A DNA stretch of 64,000 bases, taken from the NCBI GenBank assembly GCA_043228905.1, contig JBHGNT010000021.1, forward strand, positions 9,920,001-9,984,000. Direction: 5' to 3'. The notes beneath the pieces were generated by a model. That model was not told the DNA's origin and ran no database searches. It worked only from the letters and a program-made list of their open reading frames with translations. Below are positions 25,672 to 37,635 of this stretch, piece by piece (the stretch's first letter is position 1; every line of letters starts with the position of its first letter). The stretch comes from Azolla caroliniana. Taxonomy: Eukaryota; Plantae; Polypodiophyta. A program made the translations under genes and the position numbers.

Positions 25672-27093
25672 TGTCGTGTGAATCTTCACACACTATGTAA
25701 AAAAATAATGAAATAATTATTATAGATTAGATTAGTAGCTTACTATAGAAAGATGGATATACTCAAGAGCTTCAAAATGTATTTTACTATATACAAAATG
25801 GAGAAATACATATCAAGTTATGAAAAAATGAAGTTTGATTAGATAGAGAAATTAGAACTATCCCACATAGATAGGAAAGTTAAGGCCCTGGCTATATAAT
25901 CACCTTGAGCTCCCTCATTTTTCATTTGTGCTAAGAGCACTTTAGCCACTTTGTCTTGATGGATGATGGTGGCCAAATTCCCTAAAACCGGAAACCGGCC
26001 GGTAAGCAAATCCGGAAACGGGCCGGTAAGCAAATTCGGAAACGGGCTGGTATGCAATCCGGAAACCGGCCGGTATGCAAAACTGGACTCAGCTGGCAAG
26101 AAAAACCGGAACCGAAACGGGTATGCAAATTGGCTGGCAAGCAAAACCGGAAATCGGCCGGTAAGCAAAACCGGAATCGACCGGCAAGCAAACCGGAACC
26201 GGAACGGGTATGCAAACCGGTCGGCAAGCAAAACCGGAAACCGGCCGGTAAGCAAAACCGGAACCGGCCGGCAAGCAAAACCGGAACCGGAACCGGCAAG
26301 CAAACCGGAACTGGCCGGCAAGCAAAACCGGAACCGGAACCGGCAAGCAAACCGGAACCGGCCGGCAAGCAAAATCGGAACCGGAACCGACCGGCAAGCA
26401 AAATGGAACCGGCTACCGGACGATGTTGGACGCGGACGGACGAAAGATTGGATCATGCAACAAACTAAAGTAAAGTGAAGAGAACTAAAGTAAAGGCCAT
26501 GTGGACGCAAGCAACTAAAGAAGGGAGTGCATGGAAAAAGTAAAGGTCATGTGGACAGTCACATGCAACCAAAAGAAAAAGCTAGGCAACTAAAAGTAGA
26601 GGCCATGCAACAAAAAGTGAAAAGGCTATGATAAAGAGAGAACTCCATATTTATTCCATTTTTTTTTTTCCGACACGAAGACTCTCCATATTATCTAAAT
26701 TTTTTTTCTTTTGTTGGGGAGAGCTCTCTTATCTTATCGAAGCGAAGAACCCTAATCTTCCCTACGGAAGCTAGCTCTCAAGTAAACCATAATCTCCATA
26801 CGGAAGCAATCTCTCAAAATCCAAAATTCCTTGTCAAAGCCATATCACTCAAGAATCATAATCTCTTATTTCTTCTAATCTATTATTCTAATCATCTCCA
26901 TAAGATAAAACTTTTGTAATCCCAATCTTGGGATTGATTGTATTCTTTCTTTCCCTTTTATTAATGAAAATTTGTTAATCTTTCTCATTTCGGTTAATTC
27001 TTAGTATATAAATACACGAATTTGATATCCTCTAGACAAAGGCCCCGGGGTCTTGCCTCAACGTTCACGAATCCTCGTCGTATTTTCGCGACA
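25672..27093 (+). mobile_element. Element I: 1.42-kb probable solo LTR of the C/D/E group
   Basis: Termini TGTCG...CGACA; 4-bp TSD GCGG/GTGG; removal restores the H frame (SGDH|DTES, compare DHDTES in J); 3' end resembles the C and D LTR 3' ends. Confidence 0.8.
25983..26420. repeat. Irregular array of AAACCGG / CCGGCAAGCAAA motifs inside element I
   Basis: Dozens of (A)ACCGG units and GCAAGCAAA spacers in a higher-order arrangement. Confidence 0.9.
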
Positions 27094-30000
27094 GTGGTCT
27101 CCGCTCCTTTTCTGCTGTCTTGCTTGGTCGTTCGGGACTGTCCTCCCCCTCAAGTTTGGCACGTCGAGGTGACGCAATCCGAGCGCACCTGAGAATTGCC
27201 GCAACTTGTCCAGACCAAGAGGCTTGGTGAAGATGTCGGCAGTCTGCCGATCCGTCGGAAGGTACTGAAGTTCGACTTCACCGGAAAGAACACGCTCACG
27301 GACGAAATGGTAGTGCACCTCAATGTGCTTAGTCCGTGCGTGGAAAACGGGGTTTTTCGCGAGCTGGATGCTGCTGAGGTTGTCGTAGTAGATCGTCGTC
27401 GGAGCTGACACCTCCTCTTGCAGGTCCTTAAGTAGCCGCTTCAACCATATGGCTTGGCATGTCGCGACAGCCGCTCCTTGGTACTCAGTTTCGGTGCTCC
27501 ACAGTGCAACTGTCGGCTGCTTCTTACTGCTCCACGCGATCGCGGCACTCCCGAGGGAGAACGCATATCCAGACGTGGATCGGCGATCGGCGGCATTGCC
27601 AGCCCAATCAGCATCGGTGTAGCCGACTAACTGCGCGGCTGCACCAGTCCGATATAGCAGTCCCCGGTCCTTAGTGCCATTGACATACCGAAGTATGCGT
27701 TGCGCACACTGAAGGTGCTCCTCGGTAGGTCGCGCCATGAACTCATTGATCACTCCGACCGGATAACTGAGGTCGGGTCGGGTGATGGTCAAGTATATGA
27801 GGCTTCCGACAATTTGTCGGAACCTCGTCGGGTCGCATACCGTTCCCGTATCGGGACGAAGCTTGACGGTTCTGTCCAGAGGAGTCGAGATGGACTTACA
27901 GTTGGCCATCCCGAATTTGAAGAGCATACTCAGCACGTAATGACGTTGGCTGATCAATATGCGTTCGGGGGTACAGATCACTTCGATCCCGAGGAAGTAT
28001 GGAAGGTCCCCCAGATCCTTCATGTCGAACGATGCCGCAAGCTGGAGCTTCAGGAGGTCGATTTCACCTAGGTCGGCGCTGGTGATGACCAAGTCATCAA
28101 CATATAGTAAAATACTAACCGGTCCGAGTCGACCTTTCCGGATGAACAGGGAAGAGTCCGATTTTGACGTGACGAAGCCCATCCGACGCAGTTGTTGCGT
28201 GATCTTTGCGTTCCAGGCACGCGGGGCTTGCTTCAGTCCATAAAGAGACTTCTTCAGTCGGCATACTGCCGAGGAGTTCGTTCCAGAGTGAAAACCGGGG
28301 GGTTGTACCATGTACACTTGTTCCTCAAGGTCACCTTGCAGGAACGCATTCTTTACATCCATCTGATGTAAGTGCCACCCCTTCACCGCAGCTACTGCGA
28401 GCAAAACACAGACGGTCGTCATTTTCGCGACCGGCGCAAACGTCTCATCGTAGTCGATGCCGTGTTTCTGCGCGTAGCCCTTTGCCACTAGCCGAGCCTT
28501 GTACTAGTTGACCGAGCCATTGGTGTTGTACTTGACCTTGTACACCCACCTACACCCGATCGGGTTAACCCCTCTTGGTCCGTCAACCAGGTCCCAGGTC
28601 TTCCTCCATCGCGGCACGCCAATTCGCGTCTTTAGCCGCTTCTGCGTAGCTCTCCGGCTCACGCACTTCCGCTACACGGGTCATGTATGCATAATGATGC
28701 GCCATGTACTCGTTGTATCCGAACCGCAAAACAGGATTCTTCTGGCGGGTAGATCGGCGTAATCTCACATTAGCCGATGTGGAGGCCTTCTCGGTCGACG
28801 CGGACTTCACCTTTAAAGACCCGTCACCGGTTCCCTTGAAGTCGGACTCACGTCGGTTTGACTCGTTCCTATTCGTGCCGGAATCCGACACCTTCTTCTT
28901 CCCTTTCTCTTTGCGCGTAAGCCGTCTCCTTGGCTTCCTACTCGCCGGCTCTTCATCGGACTGATCGTACCGACTCAGTCGTCCAATTGGTCCACTTAAA
29001 CGGAGTGAAATCGGACTCTCTTCGCGGGTCTCGATTTCGGGCTCATCCGGAGGCATCACGGCCTCGCTGACCTCATCGTCAGAGCTCGGATTGGAGTCGG
29101 GTTTCGAAGTCAGGGGCTGGTACCAGGACGCGGACTCGTCAAACACAACGTCGCAGCTAACACAAGCTTGTTTAGTGCAAGGGTTATAGCACTTATAACC
29201 CTTCTGTTCGTCCGAGTAACCGACCAAGATGCATTTCTCAGCCTTTGCGTCCAGCTTCCTCCTTTTCTCCTTCGGTACATGCACATACGCAATGCTACCG
29301 AACACCCTCAAGTGTAGCAAGTTCGGCTTCGTTCCGAAATATAGCTCGTGCGCCGACACTTTGTCTCCGATCCAGTTCTGGATGTATACCGCGGTCCTTA
29401 CCGCCTCGGCCCAGTAGAACTTGGGCAAGCTCTTCTCCTCCAGCATTGCCCGTGCCACTTCCACAACTGACCGATTCTTCCTCTCGGCCATGCCGTTCTG
29501 CTCCGGCGTGTATCTACAACTGAATTCGCGCCGAATTCCCATTTGTTGTTGATAACCGTTGAATTGACCGGAAAAGTACTCTTTCCCGCCATCCGACCGC
29601 AGGCACTTGATCTTTCGTCCTGTTTCCGTTTCCACGAACCCTTTGAGGTCCCGGAAACAGTCGAAGACTTCGCTCTTCCTCTCAATGAGGTAGACCCACG
29701 TGTGCCGCGTGTGGTCGTCGATGAAGGAGACGAAATATCGGCTCCCGCCAAGACTAACGTTTTGTGTCGGCCCCCATACATCGGAGTGTATAAGGTCGAG
29801 CTTGTTCCGGCTCCGGTTTCACTCATTGGGGAAAGGACGTCGGTGTTGCTTCCCGAGCTGGCAGGGTCGGTGCCGCCGTCAGTGGAGTCGAGGATGAACA
29901 TCCTCCCGTCTCTGCACCCTTGCGCAATCACACGGCCTTCTTCCTCAATGAAGCACCCGAGGTGTGTAAACCGAACCTCCATCCCTTGGTCGACGATCTG

Positions 30001-32742
30001 TCCGACCGAGACCAAGTTCTTCGTGATTGTCGGAACGTGCAGCACGTTCATGAGTTTCCCTTTCTGCCCGACATGGCTAAGGGGAACTTCTCCGACATTT
30101 GCGATCGGATGCGGAGTGTCGTCTCCAGTTGCGACTACTCCAGGTTGTATCGGTTTTTCAAGGTACGAGATCCACTCCTTATGGCTCGTCATGTGGTTTG
30201 ATGCGCCGGAGTCTACGTACCACACCTCGTCTGATCTTGGGGTGGTCTATTTCATTGAGTTTGATTTGTGTCTCTTCACGAAGGCAGACCCTTCTCTGGC
30301 TCTCCCGGAGTCTTCGGCGTAGTGCGATCGCTGCCGATTTCCCTTGTCGGTATGTCCGGAGCCGTTTCCGGAACCGGTTCTCTCCGAATCGGCGCGCTTC
30401 TTCCAGCACTCACTTTCCCTGTGGCCTTTCCTTCCACAGTACCAGCACTCCGCAATGGCCTTCCCTTGCCGGTTCTCATCGCTTCGACTCCCCTTGTTTC
30501 CGGAGGGTCCGGAGTTGCTGTCGGCATCACTTCGGTGCCTTCTTTCATGATCTCGTCGGCCGCCTCCATTGCGCGCCGACTCGCCTCGTCCTCCACATCC
30601 ACGGGGCCTATCTCCCTCCGTGTACAGCATTCTGCTGTCGGTGTGCATGCTTGTAGACGCACCCGCGTAGTTCTCCTCTACCAAGAGCATTGACTGTAAG
30701 TCGAAAAAGGACGGCGTATTCTCCCGGGTACACACAGTTGTTCGGAACGCTCCGAACTTCAACGCCAAACCTCCGAGACAGATTTGGACCATCTCGCTCT
30801 CCTCGATGTTCACCTCTATGGAGGCGAGGGAGTCGCAGATATCCTTGATCTTCGAGGTATAGTCCGCCACCAACAAGTTGCGTTGTCTTAGGTTGCTCAA
30901 GTCCTGTCGGAGTTGAAGCTTCCTGGCTGTGGTGCTCACGGCGAAAATCTTCTTCAAATTTTCCCACACACCCTTCGGCGTCTTTGCATCCTGAACATAG
31001 CTCAATAGTTGCTCGCCCACACACGACGCGAAGCAGTATAATACCCTGCTCGCCGATTGCTCCCACGACGGGAAGTCTCTGTGTGTCGATTCGGGTGCCG
31101 CGTCATTAGCTTCTTCAACATAACTCCAGTGGTCGTGCCCGAGCAGGTACTGGTGCATCTTGTAGGACCAAGACGTGTAGTTGGTTCTGTCGAGCTTCTC
31201 TATTGGAAGCGAGCTCACCATGCCTCTATCCATCATTCTTCTTGTTCTTCTTCGTCAAGTTGTGTCGGCTGCAGAGAGGTTCTCAACCCTCGCGCTCTGA
31301 TACCATGTAAAAAGTAGCGTGCGGAAGCAAGTATGAAGACCGAACAGAAGGCAGATCAGGTTTAATGGAGAGCTTGAGCTTACGCAGTATACGCGGGAGA
31401 GATAGAGAGAGTGAGTGAGAGAGAGAGAGAACACAAGAACTATATTCAACAAAAGTACACAATCTCTATTCACCACTCTATACATATGTGTGTTCAATGA
31501 ACACTTTTATACAAGTCCTAGAAGGACTGACAGTACTTCAATGCTCATTGAGAGCTCATACACTAACTCCCAAATATATTCCTCACGGAATATCTTTCCT
31601 AACGGCCTCCCGATTTACGCACCGATCCGGCCCTACCTACGCACCGGTCTGCGTACCGTTTTACGCATTCGGCCTAACCGATCAGTCCCAACCGATCCGG
31701 TCCTCGGCTTCTTCAGCCGATCCGGCTGATGTTGAGCTTGTCTATCAACACTACAGCAGTTTCTCCATGGTTAATGTTATCTCACAGCCCGCTAACGCCT
31801 GCCAAATGGGGTCTGGGACCGGTCTTTCGTCCTCTGCTCACTCCATTGTGATCACAGACTCCTTCCGCATGCGTTTCGTATTTGTCATGTTTGCTTTTTC
31901 CACCCACGCTTGGGCTTGTCGGCGTACCTCGTCTTGCGCAGCCCAATCAGCCGTTTTTGTTTGCTGGTGTGTCGTGACCTGCTGCACTTCCGCCGTAATC
32001 GTATTCATAGTGGGCCCCTTTCCCTTGCGTGTTGGGCATTACGTGGCATAATGTCCGGGTTGCTGACAAATAAAACAATGGATGCTTGATTCACCCTTCT
32101 CGGCTCCTAGTGGTGTGTGTCGCTCCCCTGGTGCTACTTGCTCCTCGCGGTCCGGTCGCGTTTGTCGGAACGTATGCAGTGGCTGTTGTTGGTCCCGTCG
32201 TTGTTCCTGGTGCCGCTCATCCCCCGAGCTTTCGTCGTAACGCCGGTGATGTCGATATTGTCGTGGCTTACCACGATAACCATTGAAGTTGCCCCGTTTG
32301 TTTGTTGGTCGGTGATTCTCGTAGCGCCGACCCCCTTTAGCGTAACTCGGATGTCCACGATAATCCTTGTCTTCTGGTTTGTCCTCCTCGGAATCGTTGT
32401 GATTCCGGCGATTCCGATGGTGCCGGTCCTCCTGTGGGTTGCGATCCTTATACCGGGGTCGGTCTTCTTGCCTCCTCTGTGTTGAAAACAATGCTCGGCC
32501 ACAACCGAGGAATGGGATCAACTCACAGAAAACAGGAAATACAAAATGCACAAAACAATAGAGAGAAAGGTACACTGGATGTTTTGCGTGGAAAACCCTA
32601 AATGGGAAAAAACCACGGGAGTCCTCAAACTCCAACTATCACTATGAACAGGGATGTACACTGGTGAAGCTACAAGGCAACAACCTTGAGCTCACTGTCT
32701 TCGCCACAGGCGGCGGCAATACACAGAGGCAACGACCTCTTC

Positions 32743-32789
<47 letters not shown>

Positions 32790-32959
32790 CTGCTCTCACT
32801 TTGCATGAAAATTAAGCAACAACAACAAACTGTTTGCCCTAAGTCATATTTATACACATATGACTTTCGGGCTTATTTACAAATGTAGCCTCAAGGGCCC
32901 TTGGCAGACATATTCACAAATATGTCTCCGCATCCGGATCTCTCTCCGGGTACATACGT

Positions 32960-33140
32960 CATCCGGCTCCGTAACCGGGGTCTTCAGCATCCGGCTCCGT
33001 AAACGGGGTCTTCAGCATCCGGCTCCGATACCGGGATCTTCAGCATCCGGCTCCGTAACCGGGGTCTTCATCATCCGGATCCGCAGCCGGGTACTCTTCA
33101 TCCGGCTTCATGCCGGGTACTCTTCATCATATGGTTCCGT
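32960..33140. repeat. 28-bp tandem repeat (CATCCGGCTCCGTAACCGGGGTCTTCAG) in the G LTR; also at ~37806-37986
   Basis: Four near-perfect units plus degenerate ones, upstream of the TATAAAT box on the element strand. Confidence 0.9.
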
Positions 33141-33216
33141 AACAGCCTCCGGGCTTGCCGTCATTCATCTCCGGACATCCCATCCGGAGGGACCGAAATC
33201 CCAACAAACTCCCCCT

Positions 33217-36200
33217 TCACTTCGGCATGGGATGTCTCTCCAACCCGATCCTCTTCCGGCATGCTTCCAGTTTGTCGGGTGTGAGCACCTTGGTCAGCAT
33301 ATCCGACCCGTTCTCGTCCGTGTGGATCTTCGTCAGCACGAACTCCTTGTCTTCTATCCTTTCCCGGATCCAGTGGTATCTACGCTGGATGTGTTTCGTC
33401 CGGGAATGGTAGGCCGCGTTCTTTGCAAGGTGGATGGCACTCTGACTATCGCAGTAGAGTCGGTACTCCTCCTGCCGGATCCCGAGCTCTCTAATGAAGT
33501 CCTTCATCCATATTATTTCCTTGCCGGCTTCAACAGCTGCCATGTACTCCGCCTCCGTGGTTGACAACGCAACCGTCTTCTGCAGCCTCGACTGCCACGA
33601 AACGGCTCCCCCTGCATAGGTCATCACATACCCTGATGTGGACCGGCTGGTATCTGCATCAGCCGACATATCCGAATCGGTGAAGCCGTCGAGTTCGGGC
33701 TTACCGGAGCCGAATCGGAGGCACACGTTTGCCGTGCCCTTCAGGTATCGGAGTATCCACTTGACCGCGTTCCAGTGCTCTTTGCCAGGGTTGCTCATGT
33801 ACCGGCTCACCACTCCGACTGCATATCCTATGTCCGGTCTCGTACACACCATGGCGTACATCAAGCTCCCGACGGCTGAGGCATATGGCACTTTCATCAT
33901 ATCCTCCTTTTCAGCCTTTGTCTTGGGACTTTGCTTGTTGGACAGCTTGCAGTTTGCCAGGAGGGTCGATCCGACCGGTCTTGCTTCCGACATGTTGAAC
34001 CGGTGAAGCACCTTTGTCACGTACTTCTCCTGTGACAACCACAACTGCTTCTTCTTCCGGTCCCGGATGATATGCATCCCTAGTATTTGCCTCGCCGGAC
34101 CCAGGTCCTTCATTGAGAAGGTTCGGTGAAGCGCTTTCTTCAGCATCCGTATCTTGACCTGGTCCCGTCCGACGATCAACATGTCGTCCACGTATAGGAG
34201 GAGTATTAGAAAGTCTCCTCCGTCGAACTTCTTCACAAACACGCAGTGGTCGGACTGCGTTTTGCAGTACCCTTCGTCGGTCATGAAGGAGTCGAACTTC
34301 CGGTACCATTGCCGGGGAGCCTGCTTCAGTCCGTAAAGGCTCTTCTTCAACCGGCATACCAAGTGCTCCTTCCCTTTCTTCTCGAATCCTTCCGGTTGCT
34401 GCATGTAGATCTCTTCTTCGAGGTCACCGTGAAGGAATGCCGTCTTCACGTCCATCTGTTCTACCTCGAGGTCCATGCTTGCCGCAATGCTCAGCACCGT
34501 CCGGATGGAGGTCATCTTCACTACCGGGGCAAATATCTCGTCGAAGTCGACGCCCTTCTTCTGCTGGAACCCCTTCACCACGATCCTGGCTTTGTATCTC
34601 GGGGGGTTTCCGGCATCTCCCGGTTTCAGCTTGAACACCCACTTGTTACGGAGTGCCCGTTTTCCTTTCGGCAACTCCACAAGTTCATATGTGTGGTTCT
34701 CATGCAGGGAATCCATCTCCTCCTGCATGGCACTTAACCACCTGCGGCTATGGGTGTCATGCTTTGCTTCTTCAAAGCTCTCCGGCTCCCCCTCGTCGGT
34801 TAGCAGCACGTGCTCTGGTTCCGGAAATCTCCGGGGGGCCCTTCTCTCTCTTAGAGGATATCTCCGTTCCGGAGCTTCGGTAACCGGTTCTTCCGATTCT
34901 TCTTCATCCGAATCCATTTCGGGATCGGGGCCGGTTCCGGTATCATTTTCATCTTCTTCGGCCGGTTCTGTTTCTTCACCGTCTTCGGCCGGGTCCTCGA
35001 GTGCTAACCGGTCCCTTGCCAGTCGGGACTGCTCCTCGTAGAGTTGATCCTCACCGGTCGACTTGGAGCTCTTCATCTTCTTCTCCGACTCCCAGTCGGC
35101 GAGTGTCTTGTTCTCCATGAAGATGATATCTCGACTCCTGAATATCTTCTTGTCGACCGGGTCCCATACTCGGTAGCCGAACTCGTCGTCGCCGTAACCG
35201 AGGAATATGCATGGCCGGGTCTTTGGATCTAACTTTCCTCTCCGGTCCATTGCCACATGCACGTATGCGAGACACCCGAACACCTTCAGATGCCGGTAGG
35301 ACACTTCCTTACCGGTCCACACTTTCTGCGGCGTGTCTCCGTCCAAAGGTACTGAGGGTGATCTATTTATCACATACGTCGCCGTCGACATTGCCTCAGC
35401 CCAAAACCCCTTGGGTAATTTCGCATGCGCCAGCATACTCCGGACCCTCTCCATTATGGTCCGGTTCATCCTCTCGGCCAGCCCGTTCAGTTCCGGCGTC
35501 TTCGGCACAGTAAACTCGAGCCGGATTCCCTTCGAGCGACAGTACTCCTGGAACTGCCCCCGGTATTCCCCTCCGTTATCCGCTCGTATCGCTTTCAGCT
35601 TCTTGCCGGATTCCCTTTCGACTCTCGCGTGAAGTTCTTTGAAGACGCACAACACTTGGTCCTTTGTCTTCAACGGTGCCGTCCACAGCTTCCGGCTGTG
35701 GTCATCAATGAATGTCACGAAGTATTGGGCTCCGCCATGTGACTTCGTTTCTACTTGACACACGTCAGTGTGCACCAGCTCCAATGGTGCGCTACGTCTC
35801 GTCGGTGGCCTTGAGTGGAAGGAGGTCCGGTTTTGCTTACCGGCCAGGCAGTCCGTGCACTTCTCCAGGTGCACATGCTTCACTGGAATAAGGTTGTCTT
35901 CTGCAAGCCTCTTCATCCCCTTCTCACTCATGTGGCACAGTCTTTTGTGCCACAGCTCACCGGCAGTGTCGGCTGCCACATTCAGCTCTTCCGGACATAA
36001 CCGGGCATTCATCAGGTATAGTGTGTTGACCTTCCGGGCCCGAGCCACTATCAGGCTCCCTTTGCTGAACTTCATGACACCGTTCCGGATGCTGCCCGTG
36101 TAGCCTTCATCGTCTAGCCTCCCGGCCGAGATCAGGTTCAATCGGACCTCCGGAACGTGTCGAACATCCTTCAGCAGCATCTTGCATCCGGTTGATGTCA

Positions 36201-37290
36201 TCAGCCACACGTCTCCTATGCCGGCAATCCGGCATGTACCTTCATTTCCCATCCGGACACAGCCATGCTCACCGGCTGTGTAGGATGAGAAGTATTTCTT
36301 CTCCGGGGTCAGGTGGAACGACGCTCCGGAATCGACCACCCAGGTCATCTCTACACCGGCAAGGTTCAGCTCCCTCTCTTCGGTAATGAGCATTATCTCT
36401 TCTTCACTTGCCGCGAGTGCCGTCGTTCCTTTCCGGTCCGGCCCTCGCCGATCCGGACCTCTCCGGTCCGTGGCTCCCCGGTATGCACCGTTTCTCTCTG
36501 GTGACTTCTTCGAATCGGTGTCGTCGGCTCCGTTGTCTTTTCGGTAATGCCGACAATTCTTCCGGAAGTGCCCCGTCTTCCCACAGTGGAAGCATGTGGG
36601 CCTTCCTCTTGACTGCGACCGGGTCCCCGACTTCTCCCGTCTTTGCGGACTCCGGTTCCGATGTCTTCCCCATTCCGATTCGGTAAGCAGCGCCTTCGAG
36701 TCGGAGGCCGGTTCTTTATCTCTCCGATGCGCTTCTTCGTTCAAAATGCTTGTCTTTACCGTTTGTAGAGACAAGTTATCTTCGATGCAGGAGGTGCTGA
36801 GAGTCACCACCAAGTTCTCCCAGCTTTCCGGCAATGTACACATCAGAATGATGGCTTGCATTGCATCCTCCAACGGGAACTTGATCGCCGCAAGCTGGTT
36901 CACGAATCCCATGAACGTGCTTACGTGTTCCACCATACTCTCGCCGTCCCGGTACTTGAGGTTCACTATCTTCCTCATCAGGGAGGTCCGGTTCAACGCA
37001 TTCTTCCTCTCGTAGAGGCCCGACAGCTTCCGCCACATCTCATATGCGTTGGTGTCGTTCGCCACATGTTGTAGAACGCTCACGTCGACGTATTGCCGAA
37101 TGGTTGCAACGGCTTTCCGGTTCAGAAGCCTCCATTCCGTCTCAAGTACCCCCTTGGGTATTTCCGACCTGTCGATCGGTTCATACAGGTCCCGAACAAT
37201 GAGCAGATCCTCCATCTTTATCTTCCAGTCGGCGTAGTTCTGCGCATTCAGCACCATCATCCCCGGCTGCCCGTTGCTGCCGCCTTCCAT
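33217..37290 (-). CDS. Intact copia Gag-Pol polyprotein (~1357 aa from MEGGSNG)
   Basis: CFHCGKTGHFRKNC knuckle, WVVDSGASFH protease, HHCC + DDE integrase, LYVDDML RT and RTKHI RNaseH in a single open frame. Confidence 0.96.
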   Translation of the reverse strand: MEGGSNGQPGMMVLNAQNYADWKIKMEDLLIVRDLYEPIDRSEIPKGVLETEWRLLNRKAVATIRQYVDVSVLQHVANDTNAYEMWRKLSGLYERKNALNRTSLMRKIVNLKYRDGESMVEHVSTFMGFVNQLAAIKFPLEDAMQAIILMCTLPESWENLVVTLSTSCIEDNLSLQTVKTSILNEEAHRRDKEPASDSKALLTESEWGRHRNRSPQRREKSGTRSQSRGRPTCFHCGKTGHFRKNCRHYRKDNGADDTDSKKSPERNGAYRGATDRRGPDRRGPDRKGTTALAASEEEIMLITEERELNLAGVEMTWVVDSGASFHLTPEKKYFSSYTAGEHGCVRMGNEGTCRIAGIGDVWLMTSTGCKMLLKDVRHVPEVRLNLISAGRLDDEGYTGSIRNGVMKFSKGSLIVARARKVNTLYLMNARLCPEELNVAADTAGELWHKRLCHMSEKGMKRLAEDNLIPVKHVHLEKCTDCLAGKQNRTSFHSRPPTRRSAPLELVHTDVCQVETKSHGGAQYFVTFIDDHSRKLWTAPLKTKDQVLCVFKELHARVERESGKKLKAIRADNGGEYRGQFQEYCRSKGIRLEFTVPKTPELNGLAERMNRTIMERVRSMLAHAKLPKGFWAEAMSTATYVINRSPSVPLDGDTPQKVWTGKEVSYRHLKVFGCLAYVHVAMDRRGKLDPKTRPCIFLGYGDDEFGYRVWDPVDKKIFRSRDIIFMENKTLADWESEKKMKSSKSTGEDQLYEEQSRLARDRLALEDPAEDGEETEPAEEDENDTGTGPDPEMDSDEEESEEPVTEAPERRYPLRERRAPRRFPEPEHVLLTDEGEPESFEEAKHDTHSRRWLSAMQEEMDSLHENHTYELVELPKGKRALRNKWVFKLKPGDAGNPPRYKARIVVKGFQQKKGVDFDEIFAPVVKMTSIRTVLSIAASMDLEVEQMDVKTAFLHGDLEEEIYMQQPEGFEKKGKEHLVCRLKKSLYGLKQAPRQWYRKFDSFMTDEGYCKTQSDHCVFVKKFDGGDFLILLLYVDDMLIVGRDQVKIRMLKKALHRTFSMKDLGPARQILGMHIIRDRKKKQLWLSQEKYVTKVLHRFNMSEARPVGSTLLANCKLSNKQSPKTKAEKEDMMKVPYASAVGSLMYAMVCTRPDIGYAVGVVSRYMSNPGKEHWNAVKWILRYLKGTANVCLRFGSGKPELDGFTDSDMSADADTSRSTSGYVMTYAGGAVSWQSRLQKTVALSTTEAEYMAAVEAGKEIIWMKDFIRELGIRQEEYRLYCDSQSAIHLAKNAAYHSRTKHIQRRYHWIRERIEDKEFVLTKIHTDENGSDMLTKVLTPDKLEACRKRIGLERHPMPK

Positions 37291-37584
37291 TTTCTGGGTT
37301 ACCGTTGCTCTGATACCAATTTGTTGAAAACAATGCTCGGCCACAACCGAGGAATGGGATCAACTCACAGAAAACAGGAAATACAAAATGCACAAAACAA
37401 TAGAGAGAAAGGTACACTGGATGTTTTGCGTGGAAAACCCTAAATGGGAAAAAACCACGGGAGTCCTCAAACTCCAACTATCACTATGAACAGGGATGTA
37501 CACTGGTGAAGCTACAAGGCAACAACCTTGAGCTCACTGTCTTCGCCACAGGCGGCGGCAATACACAGAGGCAACGACCTCTTC

Positions 37585-37635
<51 letters not shown>

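Larger units (their letters stand above)
25284..31236 (-). pseudogene. Element H gag-pol pseudogene with internal deletions and a C-terminal extension split by solo LTR I
   Basis: ORFs 30247-31236 (Gag), 29398-30225 (PR), 28583-29635 (INT), 27058-28488 (RT-RH) and 25284-25598; deletions relative to J at ~29863, ~28940 and ~28600. Confidence 0.9.
24731..31750 (-). mobile_element. Element H: Ty1/copia; 3' LTR 24731-25187, PPT 25188-25198, iMet PBS 31294-31305, 5' LTR 31306-31750
   Basis: Perfect TSD CTACA (24726-24730/31751-31755); similar LTRs; copia polyprotein. Confidence 0.94.

Noticed and set aside
25839-26510. Several overlapping 100-220-aa ORFs (RFRF/KPEP repeats)
   Set aside because: By-products of the stop-poor AAACCGG array, which is open in most frames on both strands.
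32960-33140. 28-bp repeats resembling a CRISPR array
   Set aside because: Units are head to tail with no unique spacers, lie inside LTRs of a eukaryotic retrotransposon, and no cas genes are present.
33217-37344. ORF-track start (MAEHCFQQ...) for the G polyprotein
   Set aside because: It begins at a non-ATG codon inside the 5' LTR and runs through the PBS; the ATG at 37290 is the likely start.
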